A stretch of 64,000 bases of DNA from an uncultured Draconibacterium sp. (GTDB taxonomy: Bacteria; Bacteroidota; Bacteroidia; Bacteroidales; Prolixibacteraceae). Shown here one piece after another: positions 1 through 7,631 of the stretch. Made by a program: the position numbers and the translations under genes. Within the stretch, counting starts at the first letter, position 1; every line of letters starts with the position of its first letter. The DNA lies in the NCBI GenBank assembly GCA_963677155.1, contig OY781884.1, forward strand, positions 2,060,134 through 2,124,133, in the 5' to 3' direction. The notes beneath the pieces were generated by a model. The model ran no database searches. It was not told the DNA's origin and saw only the letters and a list, made by a program, of their open reading frames with translations.

Positions 1-1
1 A

Positions 2-134
2 TCGCAAGATGCAACAAAGGCAAAAGATGCCGCCTTCGTTAAAATAGATAAGTGAGTTTTATGCCGTTGCAAAGATTACAATGGAAGATAAGCCACAATT
101 ACTAGAATCCTTAAGCAAGTTTGTTAGCAGTTAA
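2..134 (+). pseudogene. 3' tail of an upstream hypothetical helical protein, apparently frameshifted
   Basis: Frame 2 reads SQDATKAKDAAFVKIDK* (stop 53-55). Frame 3 continues (S)EFYAVAKITMEDKPQLLESLSKFVSS* (stop 132-134). The two pieces join as one protein-like sequence if a few bases were lost near position 50. Confidence 0.35.
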
Positions 135-350
135 CACAAGCCTCCCCTATTTGTAAGCACATTGTCAGGCCACACCAGTCAACGCTAAACCAAGCTTGCC
201 AAAGAGCTCATTAAATACTTTTACTAATGTAAAATGGACACCAAAAATGATAAATAAAAAGATATAACCAACTGAGAATAAAACACTATTTTTACATTAG
301 CCAGAACTTAAATTAAAAATCTGGCACGGTTACAATTTAATACGCATAAG

Positions 351-992
351 ATGAAAAAATGGACTATAGGTATACTTCTTATAATTTTTAGCATTAGTTC
401 TGGATACTCTCAAATAATTATTCCAATATTATTCGGAGAAGAAATAATTCCGGAACATGGATTTCTTCCAGGTCGCAAATTTCCTATTTATAAAACAACT
501 AATACATTTGATTTTAAGGAGAAATCTTTCAGAGTTGAACTTGTCGATGACAGAGAAAATTCACAATTAAAAAATATTGAATGTTCTCCATTGGAAATTG
601 AAAATACTTCGGAATTGTCTTCAGCTCAGACAGTATTTAAACTCAAAGATTATATTGACTCTTTGTTCAATCAAGCTCATATCGTTATTGACAGCAGTGC
701 GACAAAGACCATTGAAATCAAATTGCAAGCAATTGATTCACGACTTATCGGATTTGGAAAAATCAAGGTACATGGACTATGCCAGCTAAAAATCGGTATC
801 GATTCAATGGAGACAATTTATTGTTGTGATATTGTTGATGGAGACAAAAATGCCCCTCTTCGCTCCAATGCCATTGTAACAAGAAAGACTGCATCCCGAT
901 TTATGGCTTCTGCCGCAATCAGAGAATGTTTAGAACAGTTCCTATCTGATTTAAAAGAAAATGAAAACAATCAAAGCCCTTCTAGTAATTGA
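351..992 (+). CDS. Hypothetical secreted protein, 213 aa
   Basis: ORF with a MKK + hydrophobic signal peptide; AT-rich; no family recognised. Confidence 0.7.
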   Translation: MKKWTIGILLIIFSISSGYSQIIIPILFGEEIIPEHGFLPGRKFPIYKTTNTFDFKEKSFRVELVDDRENSQLKNIECSPLEIENTSELSSAQTVFKLKDYIDSLFNQAHIVIDSSATKTIEIKLQAIDSRLIGFGKIKVHGLCQLKIGIDSMETIYCCDIVDGDKNAPLRSNAIVTRKTASRFMASAAIRECLEQFLSDLKENENNQSPSSN

Positions 993-1030
993 TATGCAAA
1001 AGGAGTCTTCTACATCAAAGACTCCAAGAT

Positions 1031-1333
1031 TTGCTGCTGTTTTTCTCCGGGGAATAGTGCGTACCTTATAGAATTATGAAGCGTGAAGTTTTTGCGGATA
1101 AGAAAGTCATGAAAGCCATCAATTCGCAGCTTATACCGGTAATGATTAATGTTGATGATCCCAAAGCGGAAGAACTCGTTAAGCAATATAAAATTGGTGG
1201 TACACCAATAACAATCTTTACTGATTATCAGGGAAAAGTGCTTGATTACGCTGTTGAAAAGATTGGGAAATCGAAAATTTATCGAAATGCTTGAGAATTT
1301 GGGCGTAGCAGATTCGCCTCAACCTGAAGGCTG
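1031..1333 (+). pseudogene. Thioredoxin-family (DsbD/SoxW-like thioredoxin fold) pseudogene
   Basis: In frame upstream of the 1076 ATG it reads LLLFFSGE*CVPYRIMKR, i.e. WCVPC with TGG>TAG (1055-1057) and TGT>TAT (1067-1069). The cis-Pro motif GGTP is retained. A +1 frameshift near 1275 hides the tail FIEMLENLGVADSPQPEG* (stop ends 1333). Confidence 0.8.
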
Positions 1334-1421
1334 AAAAAAGTTACAACAACGCTTTTTGTTTTTATAAGCAATTCAGCAGGAGATTTCGAGTCGCCTGCTG
1401 AATCCCAACCCACATCAAATT

Positions 1422-2297
1422 CTATTTTGGTGGCAATTCCTCCGGGCCGTGATACGGCGATTCCAGTTTTCGCCCACGATGCGAAAAACGTTTCGACATG
1501 TAGGCCAGAATTTCGTTGGCCGTGCTCTCAATTGGTTTATTGGAAACATTGATAACCGTAAATCCTCCCCGGTCGAACACAAACATGGCTTTCCGAATTT
1601 CTTCGCGCACTGCGCGCTGATCGACATAAGAATCGACATGGTGATTCTCCCAACTTGCAATCCTTTTTTGGCGATGAGCAATTAACTGGGTGGCACCAAT
1701 ATGTAGTCCAAATACGCGGTTAGGATCAACCTGATATAGCTCGTCGGGCGGCTGTACACCGGGTACCAGCGGTACATTTGCCACTTTCCAGCCGTACATA
1801 GCCAAGTACACGCTAAGAGGCGTTTTTCCGGCCCGTGAAACACCAGTTAAAATAATCTCAGCATTACGTAATCGCTCGGGGCTCATTCCATCGTCTTGCG
1901 ATAAAGTAAATTCAATGGAATCAATTCGATCGAAATACTGGTAATTGATTTCGCGGTATAAGCCCGGATGCACCATTGGCTCTACATCCAGCGTATCGTC
2001 TAAATAGTTGGCCAGTTCGCCCATTAAATCAATTACCCGAACATTAAATTCTTCTCCCAGCTCATTAATTTTGAGTCTCAACTCAGGATTAACCATTGTA
2101 TGAGCAATCAGCCCTTTATCGGCTTTGGCTTTCATAATAATATCGAAAACCTCATCTTCGCTCGTCACTCTTCCTACAATCTCTACGGGTATCTTATTTT
2201 CAGGATACTGAATTAATAAAGCCTGAACCAGGTTATTTCCAGCGATTCCTGTACCGCCGGATACAACATAAATTGGTGCCGGTGATTTTTTACTCAT
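1422..2297 (-). CDS. ppsR: PEP synthase / pyruvate phosphate dikinase regulatory protein (kinase/pyrophosphorylase, DUF299)
   Basis: Motifs IYVVSGGTG, IEFTLSQDDG, GVSRAGKTPLSVYLA, KVANVPLV. Start moved to the MSKK ATG at 2297 (ORF track starts at 2336). Confidence 0.9.
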   Translation of the reverse strand: MSKKSPAPIYVVSGGTGIAGNNLVQALLIQYPENKIPVEIVGRVTSEDEVFDIIMKAKADKGLIAHTMVNPELRLKINELGEEFNVRVIDLMGELANYLDDTLDVEPMVHPGLYREINYQYFDRIDSIEFTLSQDDGMSPERLRNAEIILTGVSRAGKTPLSVYLAMYGWKVANVPLVPGVQPPDELYQVDPNRVFGLHIGATQLIAHRQKRIASWENHHVDSYVDQRAVREEIRKAMFVFDRGGFTVINVSNKPIESTANEILAYMSKRFSHRGRKLESPYHGPEELPPK

Positions 2298-2390
2298 AAC
2301 GCAGTGTTTCTCTTTCAAGGAAAACAAACAGCACAAGAGTTTAGTTTATCACAAAAAGCGAATTATCTTCAATAGCACATGTTACATAAG

Positions 2391-4778
2391 CTACTCGGGA
2401 TTCAATTGCATTTCAAACCGGGCGTTATTTTCCACATCTTGTTTTGTAAACAGATCTGGATGGTAGTCGTTATTGAGATACAGTTCTGTTTGGTCGAGAT
2501 AGAAATCGCTGGCCGGAATTCCACTTGTTCCGGTTGGGATAATGGTTTTTGAATCGTTCCAGTTTTGCGTACTGTAAATGTGCCTGTGCGATGCGCCATG
2601 AGAAGTTTCGTAAAGATTTGTAAACGAATACGAATAAGGACACACCGTATGATAACTTCCCGGAACCTCAAAAGGCCCGCGATTAAGTTTTAGTACTTTA
2701 TCCAAAACCGAAACAACGCCAAGCGGATGTTTTAAAGTGAATGTATGAATACTGCCCCACTTCCACCGTTCTACTTCGGGCCCAAGTTTGTTAGTAAGAT
2801 CAGCAACAGTTTCGTTGAATGATTGTACAATAATATCATCAAAAGTTTCTGTTTTATCAGTCATAACATTGTCAGTCCATTGCGATTGTCCTTCAGCCAA
2901 GAGGTTTATCATCAGGTTTTCCAATAACATTTTCTGCCCTAATATTCCCCCGAATAATTCAGGCGATAGCTCATCTTTAACCAGATTCTCCATCGATTTC
3001 CGGTATAGAATTTCAAATATCGATGCCGCCTGACTTTCGCGTGTAAGATTATAATCCCAGCTTTTCAATTTGTTGAAAGCCGCTTGTTCCGTTTCATTTA
3101 AATCGGGTTGCTTTTGTAACGACTCAACAAAAATCGGTGTCATCTGCTCCGCCTTTTTCGATTTCCAGTCGCTTTGCATGGCCTTAAAATCGTCGATACC
3201 CAGTTTTTCTTTTGCTTCCAACATTTCTCTAATCCGGTCGATCCGGCTTGGCGTTGCAAACCAATGACTGATGTAATAGGGATAATCGTCGGGTACGGTT
3301 TTGTTGTTAGCCGACGATACGTAACCTCTTTCCGGATTAAACTCGTAGGGCAATTCCTCAAAAGGCACCAATCCCTGCCAGTCGTATTTACTGCTGTCGC
3401 CCGGATAGATCTGAATTCCTGAGCCTTCGCGAATGGGCACTCCAGCGCTGCATTGCAACCCAATATTTCCTTTCGCATCGGCGTAAACCACATTCTGGCT
3501 TACCGACTTAAAAGTGCTCATGGCATTACGAAAATCGCTCCAGTTATTGGCACGGTTCAATAAAAAAACAGTGCGGATCTCGTTACTCATTTCATTGCCC
3601 AGCCAACGAATTGACAATGGCGTTTGCTTTTCTTTCTTCATCCGATTCACCATCGGGCCACGGTGCGTAAACTTCAGTTCCTCTTCAAACTTCTCTCCTT
3701 CCTTCGTTTTAATGATTTCCTTTTTAATCCGTAAATCATGCCAGGCACCATCGAACCAATATTTTGTTGAATCTTCGTTTAATTTCTCTGCATAAAAATC
3801 GAGGTCGTCCACCATAACATTGGTCATTCCCCAGGCAATGCTGTCGTTGTGTCCGCAAATTACAAAAGGCTGACCGGGCACCACAAGGCCTGTTACATTA
3901 ATTTCCCCATCAACAACCTGGTGCATCTGGTACCAGATGCCCGGAGCAAACAACCCCAGATGCATGTCGTTGGCCAAAAGCGGCATTCCGGTTTGGCTCT
4001 TTTTGCCTGCAACCGCCCAGTTGTTACTTCCGTTAAAAATCTCTGCACCCAAATCCGTTAAATTTTCGGTAGCAGATAACAGCGTCTCCGATGCCTCAAT
4101 CTTAATCTTCCCAAATTCGGGATAAATAGCGGTTTTATGGTTTTTCAGATCGGGAATCAGCTCAGCAATCTTCTCATCGGAAACTTCTGCACGCAACTGA
4201 TGCAGAAAGTACTCGGTTCCCCAGCCCATCGATAAATCCCACGACATGTAGCCAATCAGGTTAATACAATGCACCGGCTCCCAGATTTCAGGTTTATACT
4301 GCAACACTTTAAACTCGGGTGGCAACGGATATTTTCTGATGTATTGATTTATACCATCAGAATACGCTTCAAGCGCAGCTACGATTTCAGGCGATGAAGT
4401 AGCCAGTATCTTTTCCGATTTCTCCTGAATACGAAGTGCGCGCATCATCAGGTCGGTTTCCAGCTGATCTTTTCCTAATATTTCAGATAATCGTCCTTGC
4501 GTTACACGGCGCAATAAATCCATTTGCCACAGCCGGTCTTGTGCCATAACAAAACCTACAGCACGGTACAAATCAGTTTCGTTTTCGGCGTAAATATGCG
4601 GAATAGCATGCTCATCGCGAAATATGGAAACCGGTTGAGTGAGGCCTTCCAGTTTCAGGTCTTCGTTATAATCGGGCACTGCCGAAGTTTTAATATTCTG
4701 TAGCACTACGAAGCCAACAACTAAAGCAAGAATAAGAAAACCAAGTACTCCTAACAATACACGTTTTAAGATATTCAT
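2391..4778 (-). CDS. Penicillin acylase family (Ntn hydrolase, S45) protein
   Basis: N-terminal TM anchor; RDEHAIPHIYA, AQDRLWQMD, catalytic GSNNWAV, LLANDMHLG. Confidence 0.92.
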   Translation of the reverse strand: MNILKRVLLGVLGFLILALVVGFVVLQNIKTSAVPDYNEDLKLEGLTQPVSIFRDEHAIPHIYAENETDLYRAVGFVMAQDRLWQMDLLRRVTQGRLSEILGKDQLETDLMMRALRIQEKSEKILATSSPEIVAALEAYSDGINQYIRKYPLPPEFKVLQYKPEIWEPVHCINLIGYMSWDLSMGWGTEYFLHQLRAEVSDEKIAELIPDLKNHKTAIYPEFGKIKIEASETLLSATENLTDLGAEIFNGSNNWAVAGKKSQTGMPLLANDMHLGLFAPGIWYQMHQVVDGEINVTGLVVPGQPFVICGHNDSIAWGMTNVMVDDLDFYAEKLNEDSTKYWFDGAWHDLRIKKEIIKTKEGEKFEEELKFTHRGPMVNRMKKEKQTPLSIRWLGNEMSNEIRTVFLLNRANNWSDFRNAMSTFKSVSQNVVYADAKGNIGLQCSAGVPIREGSGIQIYPGDSSKYDWQGLVPFEELPYEFNPERGYVSSANNKTVPDDYPYYISHWFATPSRIDRIREMLEAKEKLGIDDFKAMQSDWKSKKAEQMTPIFVESLQKQPDLNETEQAAFNKLKSWDYNLTRESQAASIFEILYRKSMENLVKDELSPELFGGILGQKMLLENLMINLLAEGQSQWTDNVMTDKTETFDDIIVQSFNETVADLTNKLGPEVERWKWGSIHTFTLKHPLGVVSVLDKVLKLNRGPFEVPGSYHTVCPYSYSFTNLYETSHGASHRHIYSTQNWNDSKTIIPTGTSGIPASDFYLDQTELYLNNDYHPDLFTKQDVENNARFEMQLNPE

Positions 4779-4862
4779 TTTGAAATTGATTTTTTGGAAC
4801 GGATGGATTACTCTCCGAATTTTCTATATTTAATCCTTAAAAATAATTCAAAATCAGACATT

Positions 4863-5306
4863 ATGAAGAAGCTTGTAATTCTTTTTTTCCTTGGAGTTTA
4901 TGCTTTGGCAGGTAAGGCTCAAGAGGCCGATCAAATTGTTGGCGTTTGGTGGAACGATGAAAAAACGACCAAGATTGAGGTTGAAAAACAGGATGGAAAG
5001 TACATTGGAACCATTGTTTATATGATTCCGGATAAATACAAAAACGGACAAGCACCAAAGGATAAGGAAAACCCGGATCCGGCATTGCGCAACAGATCGG
5101 TGGTGGGCATCCAGATATTAAATGGTTTTGAATACGATGCAAAAAAAGAAGAATGGATAAACGGGAAAATTTACGACCCTAAATCGGGGAAAACCTACGA
5201 TTGCTACAGCTGGCTGGAAAGCGACGATATGTTAAAACTTAAAGGTTTTGTTGCTGGAATACGTATGTTGGGACGAAGTTCAGAGTGGTATCGAACTACG
5301 CTTTAA
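4863..5306 (+). CDS. DUF2147 domain secreted protein
   Basis: IVGVWWN, KDKENPDPALRNR, GKIYDPKSGKTYDC motifs. Start moved to the MKKLVIL ATG at 4863. Confidence 0.88.
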   Translation: MKKLVILFFLGVYALAGKAQEADQIVGVWWNDEKTTKIEVEKQDGKYIGTIVYMIPDKYKNGQAPKDKENPDPALRNRSVVGIQILNGFEYDAKKEEWINGKIYDPKSGKTYDCYSWLESDDMLKLKGFVAGIRMLGRSSEWYRTTL

Positions 5307-5321
5307 GTCAGTCAGTCTTGT

Positions 5322-5400
5322 TGTCATTTCGAAGGAGGAACGACTGAGAAATCTCTTGCAGCAATGAACAGATTTCTCCTCATTCTTCGTCGAAATGACA
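5322..5400. repeat. 79-bp REP-like palindromic element, copy 1
   Basis: TGTCATTTCGA...GAGAAATCT / AGATTTCTC...TCGAAATGACA; a similar copy of the same length lies at 44970-45048. Confidence 0.85.
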
Positions 5401-5465
5401 GCAGGATGCATTTTTTGAATAACCATACTGAGCCTGCAAATGGTATCTTTTGCAATCTCTCCTGG

Positions 5466-6245
5466 TTACCCTGAAACCTGCACATCAAAACCGGCTTCGC
5501 GAACTTTTTCGGCTATGGAATTCAAATCATCAAGTGGAACTTTTACCAAAGTATCAATTGGCGTATCGCGGGCAATTGTATAAATCATTACTTGCAAGGG
5601 CTTTATTTTCTTCAGCAAATCAATCCATGCAGAAATCTCTTCCTCTGTAGTGTTATCAATGGTTTTGCCTTTATAGCTTCCGCGCACAAACATGGTCTGA
5701 ATAATCACCTTCCCATTAAAAGCAATCAATTGCTCGATGGTATTCGATAGCTTGAAATTCCCTTTCGGACAATCGAGCAATTTTACCGTTTCTTCAAAGG
5801 CTGAGTCCAGTTTCTGAATATTGTCTTTTATTTTCAATAAAGCATCAAAAACCGATTTACGATGGATCATTGTTGCATTAGAAAGCACAGCAATGCGGGC
5901 ATCTGGTGTAATCTCATCGCGCAAGGCAATGGTGTCGTCAATAATTCCGGCAAACTCGGGATGTAATGTTGGTTCGCCATTTCCGGCAAAGGTAATTACA
6001 TCGGGTAATTCGTTCGCAGAAACCATTTCATGCAGTTTTACTTCCAATCGCATTTTTACATCGGCACGCGACGGAAAAGTGACCTTTTCCTTGTATTCAC
6101 CCGGCGTAAAACCACACTCGCAGTAGATACAGTCGAACGAACAAACTTTGGCTTCGGTGGGCAATAAATTTATTCCCAGCGAAACCCCCAAACGGCGGCT
6201 TTTTACCGGCCCAAATATTATTTTATCGAATAGAAATGTTGCCAT
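5466..6245 (-). CDS. Radical SAM protein
   Basis: GPVKSRRLGVSLGINL, CSFDCIYCEC (CxxxCxxC), TFAGNGEPTLHP. Start moved to the MATFLFD ATG at 6245. Confidence 0.9.
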   Translation of the reverse strand: MATFLFDKIIFGPVKSRRLGVSLGINLLPTEAKVCSFDCIYCECGFTPGEYKEKVTFPSRADVKMRLEVKLHEMVSANELPDVITFAGNGEPTLHPEFAGIIDDTIALRDEITPDARIAVLSNATMIHRKSVFDALLKIKDNIQKLDSAFEETVKLLDCPKGNFKLSNTIEQLIAFNGKVIIQTMFVRGSYKGKTIDNTTEEEISAWIDLLKKIKPLQVMIYTIARDTPIDTLVKVPLDDLNSIAEKVREAGFDVQVSG

Positions 6246-6341
6246 AGAATAGATCTTTACAGGTATTGAATCACTGAAAAGGTTTGATTTTTTAAGAAAA
6301 GTCAGCTCGTGCCTAAACAAAGAAATCTCGTTTCTAACGGA

Positions 6342-7244
6342 TTACTGGATTTCAAATGTTGTTTCGCCAATTTCATTTCCGTCGGCAAACAAATTAATGG
6401 TATAGGTTCCGGGCATCATTTCAGGTTCATTGGTATTGTCCCAGAAAATAGCCACCGGTAAATCCTGACCTTCGTAAACTACCTCGCGCATGGCGGAATA
6501 TTGAATCTTCAAATCTTCAAACTGAAAGACATCGTTTTCCGATTTCACCATCAACAACTGATCGGGACGCATAATTCTTACATAAATCTGCTTTGGGCCA
6601 CGCTTAGCAGTTGCATTTTGCCCTAATACAAAATAGATACGCACTTTAGCTGTACGGCGGGCAAATTTTGTTTCCTTACTTCGGGTATTTAAAGGCTCTG
6701 CCACCAACTGGCGTGTTTCGAGCATGGCAGCCCGTTTCAGGTTTTGCTGCAGCCGTTCTTTTTCTTTACTCAGTTGTTGCTTTTCTTGTTCAGACTGGAC
6801 ATATTGTTCTTTTACCTGTCGATTTTCAGCCCTTAACTGTTCATTTGCTCGGTTTAAAGAATCAACCTGAACGTAGAAATCACGCATTATGCCTTTTAAA
6901 GTAGTTACCTGCTTTTGGTAGTCTGAAATTTTCGAGTAGCTAACCTTTTTGGTCTGCTCTACCTCCAACAACAGATCCTTTACTTTGGCCTGAGCCACAA
7001 ACAATTGCTCATTTATAGTGTCGTTTTCGGTTTTTAACGAATCGTAACTGGCAGCAATTTCAGTTAACTGGAATTGAATGGAATCCTTTTCAGCAGTGAT
7101 TTCGTTCATTATCACCTTATGATCGCGTCGTTGCAAAAAGAACAACACTAACACAACCGCCAATACCACAGCAAGAACAATAACAATTATATTGTTTCTC
7201 ATGTCTTTCGAATCTTTTTGCATCGCATCAATCTGGCTACTCAT
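6342..7244 (-). CDS. Hypothetical membrane-anchored coiled-coil protein with C-terminal beta-sandwich
   Basis: N-terminal TM helix, long heptad region, then a beta-rich C-terminus (PGTYTINLFADG). Confidence 0.8.
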   Translation of the reverse strand: MSSQIDAMQKDSKDMRNNIIVIVLAVVLAVVLVLFFLQRRDHKVIMNEITAEKDSIQFQLTEIAASYDSLKTENDTINEQLFVAQAKVKDLLLEVEQTKKVSYSKISDYQKQVTTLKGIMRDFYVQVDSLNRANEQLRAENRQVKEQYVQSEQEKQQLSKEKERLQQNLKRAAMLETRQLVAEPLNTRSKETKFARRTAKVRIYFVLGQNATAKRGPKQIYVRIMRPDQLLMVKSENDVFQFEDLKIQYSAMREVVYEGQDLPVAIFWDNTNEPEMMPGTYTINLFADGNEIGETTFEIQ

Positions 7245-7577
7245 AAACTTTATATTTTCGGTTTTGCCATTATACCAATGATTAAAAACATGAAGCTACA
7301 GGTTCACTAGTCCCCAATAGTTTTGTTTTCAGATATCGGCATTTCTCAAAATTGAAGATAATTAGAAAACAGCTAAATCATTTTCAATTTTGTTTTAAAA
7401 CGAAACAAAAATAACAATCTTTTATGCGGTGGCAAACCTGCCCAATTTTTATTCAAAACAATTAAGTTATTTACCAAGAAGATTTCGACAAAGAAAAAAA
7501 ACGCAACAGTGGCTATATATACGGCCCGGAAAAACCCAGGTCGGTCTTCTTTTGCATTAAACTATGTAACTAGAAAT

Positions 7578-7613
7578 AAAAAAGCTGCCCAACACATTCG
7601 CCGGACAGCTTTT
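7578..7613 (-). terminator. Rho-independent terminator of the TonB receptor gene
   Basis: AAAGCTGCCC...GGACAGCTTT stem, with a T-run on the minus strand. Confidence 0.75.
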
Positions 7614-7631
7614 AATGTATGTATTTAAAAT

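Noticed and set aside
100-200. GTTAGCAG as an integron attC core or IS end
   Set aside because: It lies within the apparent coding tail (…FVSS*), and no matching inverse core or terminal repeat was found.
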